64,000 bases of DNA from Trueperaceae bacterium. GTDB lineage: Bacteria > Deinococcota > Deinococci > Deinococcales > Trueperaceae. The translations under genes and the position numbers were made by a program. The stretch spans positions 1-64,000 of the forward strand of contig JBBDRK010000072.1 of assembly GCA_040905465.1 (NCBI GenBank), in the 5' to 3' direction. Below are positions 1 through 9,226 of the stretch, piece after piece (within the stretch, counting starts at the first letter, position 1; every line of letters begins with the position of its first letter). Under the pieces are notes generated by a model. The model saw only the letters and a program-made list of their open reading frames with translations. It was not told where the DNA came from and did no database searches.

Positions 1-101
1 CCAAGAACCAAGCCCCTGGTCAAGGCCACCGGAATTAAAGGCCCCGGCAAACCCAATGATTCAAGAAATCAACAAGACCACGCAAACTGGATTATCAAGG
101 T

Positions 102-224
102 ACTCGCGCCAAGTGGCGCTCGTTCCCTCGGCCCGCACGTTCCCCGGGCGATTCAGTAAACTGATCCGCCTTGTGGGTCCCGCGCTCGTTGGGCTTCGGG
201 GTCTGCACCTCTCGGCGCAGGAGT
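102..224 (-). ncRNA. Candidate structured non-coding RNA (rod-like), family unknown
   Basis: Minus-strand TTGACA(256-251)-17bp-TAAGGT(233-228) promoter. 205-224 pairs with 102-119 using G-U wobbles only on the minus strand. Terminal hairpin at 147-170. Confidence 0.45.
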
Positions 225-305
225 GATACCTTAACCCCAGGCTTGTGCCTTGTCAACCCCACGCGCGCTCAGGGTTAGTTGGAAAATGTTCTCAGGAGCG
301 CCTTG

Positions 306-740
306 TTATCTCGAGCTTAGCGTCCCCTTCCCCACACTTACAGAAGGCTCCCCGTCCCCATACTTGAAGAAAGCAAAGAGAGCCAGGCCTCCGAAAAACA
401 GTTCGATAGCCATCCCCTTGATGACGTCCGCACCCGGAGATCCGTCGAGGGCAATCCCCAACAGACGCGCCAGCCCCAACGACAAGAACACCACAGCCGC
501 GAGCACGATGGAGGTGCGCGACCAGGCATGTCGAAATGCTCCCAGGCCAACGAAGAGCCCGCAGACCAAGATGATCCCACCAGCTCCCCTCACCTCACTC
601 AACAATCCAGCTTCATTGGACAACGTCAGGCCGCTGAAAGTGTAGAACCCAATCGGATTCACTAGACGCCAGCCGCCAAAGATCACCAGCGTAAGCCCCA
701 GGACGATCAGGATTACCTTGAGACCCGTCGATTCCTTCAT
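306..740 (-). CDS. DUF4345-like membrane protein
   Basis: 144 aa with about 4 hydrophobic helices and a 'SEVRG.GG...GLARLLGIALDG.P' pattern typical of DUF4345. Confidence 0.75.
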   Translation of the reverse strand: MKESTGLKVILIVLGLTLVIFGGWRLVNPIGFYTFSGLTLSNEAGLLSEVRGAGGIILVCGLFVGLGAFRHAWSRTSIVLAAVVFLSLGLARLLGIALDGSPGADVIKGMAIELFFGGLALFAFFKYGDGEPSVSVGKGTLSSR

Positions 741-766
741 TCAGCACCTCGATTCCTTCATTCAGC
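728..766. repeat. 18-bp direct repeat (tcgattccttcattcagc x2, period 21) spanning the start codon
   Basis: Exact copies at 728-745 and 749-766. Confidence 0.9.
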
Positions 767-1041
767 CCCAGCTATAGTCCCAGCGACTAATACCGAACTT
801 CCGGTTGGCACGCCACATCCCACCGGCTCGCACGGTCAACAGTGGCCGCAACCATCGCGCGGCATGCGGACGACCTCTTCGAGGTGTAACAGGTATTTCG
901 CTTACCGAGCATATATGGGAAGTGGCGAACCTGTCAAGAACGGTGGGGAGCAGGGAATATAGTGCACCGCACTAAAGGCTGGCGACTACGGCCCCGCCGA
1001 TGGCCCGTGAGAGTGCGGACTCGCGATGTAAACTCGGCTTC

Positions 1042-1839
1042 ATGTCGGAACTCGATGACTACCGTAATATCTTTGACTTGAGCGGCAAGCGTGCCTTCGT
1101 GATCGGGGCGGGATCGGGTATCGGCAGCGCAGCGGCCAGAGGCCTCGCGGCCTTCGGTGCCGACGTAGTGGCTGCCGACATGAATGCCGAAGGCGCCGGG
1201 GCAACCGCCGCAGCGATACTCGACAGTGGCGGCAAGGCGACGGCAGCGGAAGTGAACCTTACGGAACCCGACTCGGTCGACAGACTGTTCGCTGAGGGCG
1301 GGGCGCCTGACGTGCTGGTTTGCACTCCGGCGGTCAACGTTCGCAAGCGGCTGCTCGACTACACCGAGGAAGAGTTCGACAGGGTCGTCGACCTGAACCT
1401 GAAGGGTACGTTCTTCGTCCTCAAAGCTGCTGGAGCGGTCATGGCGGACAGGGGAGGCGGCAGCATCATCGTGTTCTCGTCGATCCGCTCGCAGGTGGTC
1501 GAGCCGGGCCAGGGTGTTTATGCGGCAACCAAAGCGGGAGCCTTGCAACTGGTGCGGGCCATGGCGGCGGAGCTCGGACCTCTCGGAGTCCGGGCGAACG
1601 CGATTGCCCCTGGCGTCGTGGAGACTCCGCTCACCGAGCCGATCAAGAAGCAGCCCGACTGGTATCAGGCGTACGCGGACAAGAGCGCCCTGGGACGTTG
1701 GGCGAAGCCGCGCGAACTGGTGGGGGCAGTTGTCTACCTGGCGAGTGAAGCCTCCTCCTTCGTAACCGGTTCGCTTCTATACGTCGACGGCGGCTGGACG
1801 GCGATCGACGGCCGCTTTACCCCGCCGCTGCCCCAATGA
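1042..1839 (+). CDS. SDR family oxidoreductase
   Basis: GAGSGIG Rossmann motif, YAATK catalytic motif, NAIAPG, and VTGSLLYVDGG. Start set at ATG 1042, 7 nt after TAAACT. Confidence 0.93.
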   Translation: MSELDDYRNIFDLSGKRAFVIGAGSGIGSAAARGLAAFGADVVAADMNAEGAGATAAAILDSGGKATAAEVNLTEPDSVDRLFAEGGAPDVLVCTPAVNVRKRLLDYTEEEFDRVVDLNLKGTFFVLKAAGAVMADRGGGSIIVFSSIRSQVVEPGQGVYAATKAGALQLVRAMAAELGPLGVRANAIAPGVVETPLTEPIKKQPDWYQAYADKSALGRWAKPRELVGAVVYLASEASSFVTGSLLYVDGGWTAIDGRFTPPLPQ

Positions 1840-1911
1840 TTCTGGCAACTGCGATGTTGGCCGCCATAGTGCCGAGAGCCATGGGTTCAGAGCAAAAGTG
1901 CCGAGAGTGGG

Positions 1912-2949
1912 TTGGATAACGTGCTGAGGGCAGGTCCGCACAACTCCATCACCGATGTTCCCGGTATCGAAGTCGGGCACGACACCGACGACGCAGCACT
2001 GACCGGGACGACCGTGATCCTCACCCGGGAAGGGGCGGTAGCGGGAGTCGACGTACGGGGCGCGGCGCCGGGAACGAGGGAAACAGATCTCCTCGCTCCG
2101 GAGAACCTGGTTCAGCGGGTACAGGCGATCGTGCTCTCCGGCGGCAGCGCCTTTGGCCTCGACGCCGCCGGTGGAGTTATGCGCTATCTCGAGGAACGCG
2201 GCCTGGGCCAGTCCGTAGGCGGGGGCCGGGTGGTTCCGATCGTGCCGGCGGCGGTGATCTTCGATCTCGACGTGGGCAGTTCGGCAGTCAGGCCCGGCCC
2301 GGAACACGGCTACCGGGCGGCCCAAAACGCCAGCTCTGATTGTCCCGCACAGGGGAACGTGGGCGCCGGTACCGGAGCTCGGGCCGGAGGACTGAAAGGC
2401 GGCCTCGGCTGCGCCAGCTTGCTGTTGGAAAGCGGGCTGGCGGTCGGGGCGATCGCGGTGGTAAACGCCTTCGGCCGGGCGCACGATCCGTTCACGGGCG
2501 AACTCTACGGCCGGTCTCTTGGGCTGCCGGGCGAATTCCAGGGCCTGGGAGTCCCAGCCGACCACGGCTACCGGGGGAGCGAGGACCGCGACTACCGAGC
2601 GCTCTTTGGCGACGATACTCCGCTTGCCGGCCGCAACACGACCATCGGCGTGATCGCCACTAACGCGCTGCTCGACAAGGCTCAGGCCGGAAAGCTGGCA
2701 CAGATGGCGCACGACGGGCTGGCGCGAGCGTTAAGACCATCGCACACCATGTTCGACGGCGACACGCTGTTCGCCCTTAGCACTGGGGAGCGGCAGGTCG
2801 CCGGTGCCGGCGAGCTGGCCATGCTCGGAGCGGTCGCCGCCGACACGATAGCCAGGGCGGTGGTCAGCGGCATGCTCAGCGCAACGAGCGCAGGTGGACT
2901 GAAGAGCTACTGCGACAGCTTCCCGGGCGTTTGCGGGAACCGGTCGTGA
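1912..2949 (+). CDS. P1/S58 family peptidase (DmpA-like L-aminopeptidase/D-esterase)
   Basis: NSITDVPGIEVGH, GAAPGTRETDLL, LSGGSAFGL, NTTIGVIATNA and HTMFDGD motifs. Confidence 0.9.
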   Translation: MDNVLRAGPHNSITDVPGIEVGHDTDDAALTGTTVILTREGAVAGVDVRGAAPGTRETDLLAPENLVQRVQAIVLSGGSAFGLDAAGGVMRYLEERGLGQSVGGGRVVPIVPAAVIFDLDVGSSAVRPGPEHGYRAAQNASSDCPAQGNVGAGTGARAGGLKGGLGCASLLLESGLAVGAIAVVNAFGRAHDPFTGELYGRSLGLPGEFQGLGVPADHGYRGSEDRDYRALFGDDTPLAGRNTTIGVIATNALLDKAQAGKLAQMAHDGLARALRPSHTMFDGDTLFALSTGERQVAGAGELAMLGAVAADTIARAVVSGMLSATSAGGLKSYCDSFPGVCGNRS

Positions 2950-4214
2950 GCGGCCGCGCCACCGGCGAACTGGCGCGGCGAGCTGCAGAGGCCGTCGATC
3001 CCACGCGGGCCGTCGAACTCACGCAGGCTCTGGTACGGATCCGCAGCGTGTTCGAGCCGGGCCATCCGGAGAGCAATGAGACGGCCGCGGCGACCTACCT
3101 GGCGGCCGTGTTGAGGAAGTCGGGTCTGCGGGTAACGGTCCAAGAGGTCGTGCCCGGCCGGCCGAACGTAATCGCAGACTGGCAGGGGACCGGCTTCCGA
3201 GCGAGCAGGCACAGGACCCTGATGTTCGAGGGACATACCGATGTGGTTACCGAAGGCGACCGTTCCGGTTGGACACACGACCCGTTCGCCGGCGAAGTCG
3301 TCGCCAGCCGGCTCTACGGGCGCGGCAGCGCCGACATGAAAGCCGGGATAGCCGCCGCCGTCACCGCCGTCGAGGCCGTAGCCAGTACCGCCCCCGACCT
3401 TGCCGGGCGAATTCGCCTCGGCATCGTGGTCGACGAAGAGGGGATGATGATCGGAATCAAGGACTTCATCGCTCGTGGCTGGGCGGCGGGGATCGATGGC
3501 GCCATCATCTGCGAGCCGGAGGAGAACGAGCTGTGCCTGCACCAGAAGGGTGCGTTGCGAATCGGCGTCACTTTCCGGGGGGTGATGTCGCACGGTGCCA
3601 TGCCCTATGCCGGAGTCAATCCGATACCGTGGCTGGCGCGCTTCGTGGAAGGCGTCGCCCGGATCGAGGCCGACGAGCAGGCGCGCGTGGGGGAGCACCC
3701 TCATCTGGGGCTCCCCTGGCTCACGCCGACCGTGGTACGGGCGCCCAAGGAGGGTGAGCAGCAGCTCAACGTACTTCCCGAGACGGCGTACCTGGCTCTC
3801 GATATCCGCACCGTGCCCGGACAGCAACATTCGGAGCTGCGCCGGCGACTCGCCGGGCTGGCGGCCGAGATAACCGCCGGCGACCCGCGTGCCGATATCG
3901 CTATCGAACTGATCGAGGAGCGGCCCTGGACCGAGACCTCCGCGGATGATCCGTTGGTGAAGGCACTGGAGCGAGCTTGTCGGATTGCGCTCGACCGGCA
4001 GCCGGCCTACGGAGGCGTGCCGGGCGCCACCGACGGTACCTTTCTGCATTCGCTCGCTGGAGTGCCGATAGTTACGGTGGGGCCGGGGGACCGGACCATT
4101 CCTCACCAGCGCGATGAGTTCGTGGAGGTCGAAGCGCTCGTGGAGTCGGCGCGGCTCTACGCGGCGGCCGCGGTCGAGTTCCTCGTCGCCGAAGGTTCCG
4201 AGAGCGAGCGCTAG
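2946..4214 (+). CDS. M20 family metallopeptidase/deacylase (ArgE/DapE-like)
   Basis: GHTDVV, GRGSADMKAG, DEE, CEP, GATDG and H..DEFV motifs. GTG start overlaps the upstream stop. Confidence 0.9.
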   Translation: MSGRATGELARRAAEAVDPTRAVELTQALVRIRSVFEPGHPESNETAAATYLAAVLRKSGLRVTVQEVVPGRPNVIADWQGTGFRASRHRTLMFEGHTDVVTEGDRSGWTHDPFAGEVVASRLYGRGSADMKAGIAAAVTAVEAVASTAPDLAGRIRLGIVVDEEGMMIGIKDFIARGWAAGIDGAIICEPEENELCLHQKGALRIGVTFRGVMSHGAMPYAGVNPIPWLARFVEGVARIEADEQARVGEHPHLGLPWLTPTVVRAPKEGEQQLNVLPETAYLALDIRTVPGQQHSELRRRLAGLAAEITAGDPRADIAIELIEERPWTETSADDPLVKALERACRIALDRQPAYGGVPGATDGTFLHSLAGVPIVTVGPGDRTIPHQRDEFVEVEALVESARLYAAAAVEFLVAEGSESER

Positions 4215-4292
4215 CGGTTAAGCTGGAGGCCGGACAGGCAGCCTGATAATTGCCCCGAGGCCGGGGCTCGGTTCAAAGGGAGGTTCATCAGC

Positions 4293-5783
4293 ATGAGACG
4301 TTTCTGGCTTACAACAGTCGGCATCCTTCTTGGGGTGGCAGCCCTTGCCCAACAACCTCCGGAACCGGTGTACGGGGGCGAAGCGGTCGTCGCCATAACG
4401 GCCGAACCGCCCGGCTGGGATCCGAGTGCTTCCACCTCTCAAGAGATAGCGCGCGTCATGTACCACAACGTATTCGAAGGGCTGGCACGGGTTGACCGGA
4501 ACGGCGCGATAGTGCCGGCGCTGGCCGAGTCGTGGGAAGTTTCCGACGACGGCCTCACCCTGACGTTCGAGTTGCGCCGCAACGTGAAGTTCCACGACGG
4601 CAGCGACTTCGGTGGCGACGACGTGGTGGCGAAGTTCGAGCGGGCGATGGATCCCGACTCTGGCCACACCCACCCCGAGTACTACGAAGCGATCGAGGAA
4701 GTCACGAGCGAGGGGAGTACCGTTACCTTCAGTCTGTCCCGCCCCAGCTCCGCCCTCCTCTACAACCTGGCTCGCCCTGACTCGGTCATCTATCCGGCCG
4801 GGACCGCGGAGAGTCAGCGCAGCGCCCCGGTTGGCACCGGCCCCTTCCGCTTCGTCGAGTGGGTGGCCGGCAGCGAAGTGCGCCTGGAGCGCTTCGACGA
4901 TTACTACATAGATGGGATACCCTACCTCGACGCCGTCACCTTTCGCATCATCGGGGACCCCAACGCCCGTTTCGCCGCGCTGCAGGCGGGGGACATCGAC
5001 ATGATCGGGGTGGCCCTGAGTCCGGAGTCGGCGATCCAGGCCGAAGCGGCCCCGAACCTCAAGGTCACGCGCGGTTCGAACACCACCGAGATCACCATGG
5101 CGCTCAACAATACTCGCGAGCCGCTGAACGACCCGCTGGTACGCCAGGCGATAACGCACGCCATCGACAAGAGCGCGATCGTCGAGGGAGCCAACTTCGG
5201 CTTCGGCACAGTCATCGGAACTCACGCCACGCCCGTCGAGCCTTACTGGCTCGAGTTGGAGCCTTATCCCTTCGATCCGGAGCGTGCCCGCGAGCTCCTG
5301 GCCGAGGCCGGTTACGGCGACGGCCTGTCACTGCGCTTCGAGCTGCCCGAGCCGTACAACATCGAACGCACCGCCGGTCAGGTAATCGCCCAACAACTCG
5401 CAGAGGTCGGTGTAAACGTCGAACTGAGCGTGGTGGAGTGGGGCACCTGGGTGCAGCGGATCTTCCTGGGCGGTGACTACGACATGACGATCATCGGCCA
5501 CAGCGAACCGCGTGATATCAACGTATATGGCAACCCCGATTACTACTATCACTACGACAACCCCAGGATCGGCGAACTGCTCGACGAAGCCGAGCTGGCC
5601 ACAAGTCAGGAAGCGGCGACCGAGAGCTACCGGGAGATCGCCCGCATCATCGCCGAGGATGCGGTGAACGTGTGGACTTTCAACCCTGCGTATCTGGTGG
5701 CCGCCAAGCAGGAGCTGTACGGGTACTGGGAAGATCAGCCGACGGTGGCGATCGACATGACCGAGGCTTTCCTGGCCCGCTGA
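4293..5783 (+). CDS. ABC transporter substrate-binding protein, family 5 (peptide/nickel)
   Basis: Signal peptide, PALAESWEVS.DGLT.TF.LR.NVKFHDG signature, GTGPF, and a strong SD (ggaggt). Confidence 0.93.
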   Translation: MRRFWLTTVGILLGVAALAQQPPEPVYGGEAVVAITAEPPGWDPSASTSQEIARVMYHNVFEGLARVDRNGAIVPALAESWEVSDDGLTLTFELRRNVKFHDGSDFGGDDVVAKFERAMDPDSGHTHPEYYEAIEEVTSEGSTVTFSLSRPSSALLYNLARPDSVIYPAGTAESQRSAPVGTGPFRFVEWVAGSEVRLERFDDYYIDGIPYLDAVTFRIIGDPNARFAALQAGDIDMIGVALSPESAIQAEAAPNLKVTRGSNTTEITMALNNTREPLNDPLVRQAITHAIDKSAIVEGANFGFGTVIGTHATPVEPYWLELEPYPFDPERARELLAEAGYGDGLSLRFELPEPYNIERTAGQVIAQQLAEVGVNVELSVVEWGTWVQRIFLGGDYDMTIIGHSEPRDINVYGNPDYYYHYDNPRIGELLDEAELATSQEAATESYREIARIIAEDAVNVWTFNPAYLVAAKQELYGYWEDQPTVAIDMTEAFLAR

Positions 5784-5893
5784 GCCAACCGCTCCCCAAG
5801 TCCCATGGAGCCGAATACGGCGTGGGAGCGCATGCGTGGCCGGCAGGTCCGCATGCGTTTCCTCGCCGCTGAGGGGAATGGCTAACCGAGCTA

Positions 5894-6838
5894 ATGCTGC
5901 CCTATCTGATTCGTCGCCTCGCCTCCGCCCTGATAAGCATCCTTCTGGCCGCGATACTCGTATTCGCGGCGCTCCTGGCAATTCCAGGCGACCCGGCCGA
6001 GATAATCCTGGGGCTGAACGCCAGCCCCGGAGCGGCCGCCGCGCTGCGTGAGCAACTCGGCCTCAACGTCCCTCCGGTGCCCAGGTTCCTGAACTGGCTG
6101 GGCGGGGCAATCCGAGGCGACTTCGGCGACTCGCTCAACTATCGCCGGCCGGTTTCGGAACTGCTGGCGGGCCGCCTTCAGGTCTCCATCCCGCTGGCGC
6201 TGGGCGCCATGCTGATCGCCTGCCTCATCGCCTTGCCTCTCGGCACGGTGGCCGCGCTCAGGCAAGGTACCTGGCTCGATCCTGTGATCGTCAGCTTTGC
6301 CCAAGTCGGCGCAGCTATCCCCTCATTCTGGCTCGGCCTTATGTTCATCCTCCTGTTCAGCGTGGAACTGGGCTGGCTGCCGGCAGGCGGATACGTTCCC
6401 TGGGAGAGAAGTCCCGTGAGCGCGATCCGCAGCCTGATCCTGCCGGCGCTGGCCCTGGGGTTGGGGCAAGCGGCGGTCATTACCCGGATGACGCGCGCGT
6501 CGATGCTCGATGTACAGCGCCAGGATTACGTTCGCACCGCCAGCGCCAAGGGGTTGCCGCGCCGCCGGGTGGTGCTGGTGCACACGTTGCGCAACGCCAT
6601 GGTGACAATCGTAACGATCATCGGCCTGAGCATGGCCCAGTTGTTGGTAGGCGCGATAGTCATCGAGCAGGTGTTCTCCTTGCCGGGCCTCGGCCGGCTT
6701 GCCCTCACGGCGATAGGCGCCCGGGACTTCCCGTTGTTGCAGGCCGAGGTCCTCCTGTACGCCAGCGCGATCGTGGCCCTGAGTTTCTCAGTCGACGTGC
6801 TGTACGCGTTCCTCGACCCGCGCATCAGGTACTCCTGA
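5894..6838 (+). CDS. Peptide ABC transporter permease (DppB/OppB-like)
   Basis: PGDPA, GDFGDS, EAA loop (DYVRTASAKGL), and IEQVFSLPGLG...DPRI. Confidence 0.93.
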   Translation: MLPYLIRRLASALISILLAAILVFAALLAIPGDPAEIILGLNASPGAAAALREQLGLNVPPVPRFLNWLGGAIRGDFGDSLNYRRPVSELLAGRLQVSIPLALGAMLIACLIALPLGTVAALRQGTWLDPVIVSFAQVGAAIPSFWLGLMFILLFSVELGWLPAGGYVPWERSPVSAIRSLILPALALGLGQAAVITRMTRASMLDVQRQDYVRTASAKGLPRRRVVLVHTLRNAMVTIVTIIGLSMAQLLVGAIVIEQVFSLPGLGRLALTAIGARDFPLLQAEVLLYASAIVALSFSVDVLYAFLDPRIRYS

Positions 6839-7719
6839 TGGCAAGGTTCCCGGCGACGTCGGGTTTCAGGTCCGGACTGAGCTGGCGAATAAGCGCTCTG
6901 TTCCGACCGTTTCGGGGCCGCGTCAACCTCGCGCTGGGCGCCGTGCTTATCGGCACGGTGGTGCTTTCGGCACTTCTGAGTTTCGTCTGGCTCCCGTACG
7001 ACCCCAACGTCATCGACTTCGGTGCCCGACTCGCTCCGCCGTCCGCGGAGCACTGGCTTGGGACCGACCATTTCGGGCGCGACCTGTTGAGCCGATTGAT
7101 GGTCGGTGCACGAGCGACTCTCTACGTCGGCTTGATCGCCGTCGGTATCGCCCTCGGCCTCGGTGGCCTGATCGGCGCGGCCAGCGGTTACATCGGCGGC
7201 GTGCTCGACGAACTGCTCATGCGCGTGGCCGACGTCCTGTACGCCTTTCCGCCGATTCTGCTGGCCATTCTGCTGGCAGCGATCTACCGTCCCGGTACCC
7301 TTACCGCCATGGTCGCCATCGGTATCGCCACCATTCCCGTGTTCGCCCGATTGATGCGCTCCTCGGTCCTGACTCTGAAAGAGCGTGATTTCGTCGAGGC
7401 CGGCCGGGCGCTGGGTGCCAGTGGCGGAAGGGTGCTGTGGCGCCACATCCTACCGAGCGCATTGTCGCCGATCCTGGTGCAGGCCAGTTTGAGCCTGGCG
7501 ATCGCCATCCTCGCCGAGGCCGCCTTGAGCTTCCTCGGCCTGGGTACGCCGCCACGCGTTCCGAGCTGGGGGAACATGCTGCGCGAGGCCCAAAGCTTCA
7601 TGGCGCTCAGCCCCTACCCCGCGATGGCGCCGGGCCTGGCGATAGTCGTCACGGTGCTGGGCTGGAGTCTGCTGGGCGACGGGTTACGCGATGCCCTCGA
7701 CCCCCAATCGCGTCGGTAA
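6838..7719 (+). CDS. Peptide ABC transporter permease (DppC/OppC-like)
   Basis: HWLGTDHFGRD, FVEAGRALGAS, EAALSFLGLG, and GDGLRDALDP. Confidence 0.93.
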   Translation: MARFPATSGFRSGLSWRISALFRPFRGRVNLALGAVLIGTVVLSALLSFVWLPYDPNVIDFGARLAPPSAEHWLGTDHFGRDLLSRLMVGARATLYVGLIAVGIALGLGGLIGAASGYIGGVLDELLMRVADVLYAFPPILLAILLAAIYRPGTLTAMVAIGIATIPVFARLMRSSVLTLKERDFVEAGRALGASGGRVLWRHILPSALSPILVQASLSLAIAILAEAALSFLGLGTPPRVPSWGNMLREAQSFMALSPYPAMAPGLAIVVTVLGWSLLGDGLRDALDPQSRR

Positions 7720-7837
7720 TGACCCCTTTATCCGATCGGGGGCTAGCCAAATGTGAAATATCTGTAATATAGTGCGTCACTCGATCCTCATTATGGGGAT
7801 ACCGACATTCGCAGCACTTCGACTCTAGGAGCCCCCG

Positions 7838-9217
7838 ATGAAGCGTCGCGCGTGCAAGTATCTGCAGTTTAGCCAGATGTGGTCGTTAGGTTGCGGCCTC
7901 GTCGGCATGGTGGTTGTCGTCGTACTGGCCGGCTGCAGCAATAGTCTGGGCCTGCCGGAAGAGGTGCCGTTGTCGGCCGGTATGGCCTCGCCTCGATACG
8001 TGCAGACACTCGAGCTCGTGGGCGGGGAGTCGATCGAGACAGTCGAGGAGCGTACCGGCGGCGACGTACTCGTCTGGAAGCCCGGGGAGTACGCCTTGAT
8101 CGGACTCGATTCGATCGGTGACAGAGACGAACCGACCCAAATCGAAACGATAGTCGAAGAAAACAGCGACTCGTTCCTGGCGGGCGGCAAGCTCGCGGAG
8201 ATGAACGGCAAGTCGATGATCTGGTCGGGCGGCAAGTCGATGATCTGGTCCGGCGGCAAGTCGATGATCTGGTCCGGCGGTAAATCCATGATCTGGTCCG
8301 GCGGCGAATTCGTATGGATGCCGGAGAACACCGCTACCTGGCAGCAGGTTCGGTTGGAAGAGGCTCAGGGAATGGCGGCCAATCTCGGTTACGGGGTAAC
8401 CGTGGCCGTGGTCGATACCGGCGTGGACCTTTATCATCCCGGGCTCAGCGAGGCGCTTGCTCCACAGTCCGACTGGTGGGACTTCTTCGATGACGACGCT
8501 CTTCCCCACGAAGACGGAAGTTACGGCGACCGTGGTTACGGGCACGGAACGAATGTAGCCGGGATCGTTCGCCAGATCGCTCCGCGAGCGACCATCCTGC
8601 CCCTGCGAGTGCTCGGGCCGAACGGTCAGGGCGACGTGGCCGACCTGTCATCCGCGATCGACTGGGCGGTCAGCAGGGGAGCCGACATCATCAATCTCAG
8701 CCTGGGCGCCGACCACCGGATTCAGGCGGTGGACAAGGCGCTGCGCAACGCTGCCCAGTCGGGTGTGTTCGTATTCACCTCCACCGGCAATACCGGAGAT
8801 CGGGATGTCACCTATCCTGCCACATCCACCTTCAACGGCGTCGAGGCTGACGCCATGGTGAACGTGACCAGCGTGGGTGCCAGCGACGAGAAGTCCGACT
8901 TCGCCACCTACCATCGGCAGATCGAGCTGGCGGCGCCCGGAGAGGACATCTTCGGTCCCGCACCGGAAGAGCGGATGGCGGCGTGGTCGGGAACATCGAT
9001 GGCCGCACCGATGGGTTCCGGCGCGTTGGCGCTGGCGCTCGGCGAGGTGCTTGCCGTGGAGAGAGAGTCGTTGCCTGGACTTCTCAAGGCAAGCTCCGCC
9101 GATGTCTATGCGGGCGGTCTCAACGGTCAGTACAAGAACGAGGTTGGAGACGGCCGTATAGACGTTGCTGCGTTCATCGAACGCGTCGCCTTTAGCGGGG
9201 GCAGCGAGACTGAATGA
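7838..9217 (+). CDS. S8 subtilase lipoprotein with (GKSMIWSG)x4 repeat
   Basis: Lipobox LAGC, catalytic triad VDTG / HGTNVAG / GTSMAAP, and oxyanion TGN. The repeat lies between the N-terminal region and the catalytic domain. Confidence 0.92.
   Translation: MKRRACKYLQFSQMWSLGCGLVGMVVVVVLAGCSNSLGLPEEVPLSAGMASPRYVQTLELVGGESIETVEERTGGDVLVWKPGEYALIGLDSIGDRDEPTQIETIVEENSDSFLAGGKLAEMNGKSMIWSGGKSMIWSGGKSMIWSGGKSMIWSGGEFVWMPENTATWQQVRLEEAQGMAANLGYGVTVAVVDTGVDLYHPGLSEALAPQSDWWDFFDDDALPHEDGSYGDRGYGHGTNVAGIVRQIAPRATILPLRVLGPNGQGDVADLSSAIDWAVSRGADIINLSLGADHRIQAVDKALRNAAQSGVFVFTSTGNTGDRDVTYPATSTFNGVEADAMVNVTSVGASDEKSDFATYHRQIELAAPGEDIFGPAPEERMAAWSGTSMAAPMGSGALALALGEVLAVERESLPGLLKASSADVYAGGLNGQYKNEVGDGRIDVAAFIERVAFSGGSETE
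8207..8302 (+). repeat. 4 x 24-bp coding tandem repeat (GKSMIWSG)
   Basis: Units at 8207, 8231, 8255 and 8279 differ only at synonymous sites. Confidence 0.95.
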
Positions 9218-9226
9218 GTTTCGCTG

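Noticed and set aside
770-935. Integron attC sites around the DUF4345 gene
   Set aside because: TAAC/GTTA-like words are present, but there is no convincing R''/R' pairing and no integrase in the window.
8207-8302. 24-bp repeats (also 12433-12528) as a CRISPR array
   Set aside because: No spacers, in-frame coding with synonymous variation, and no cas genes.
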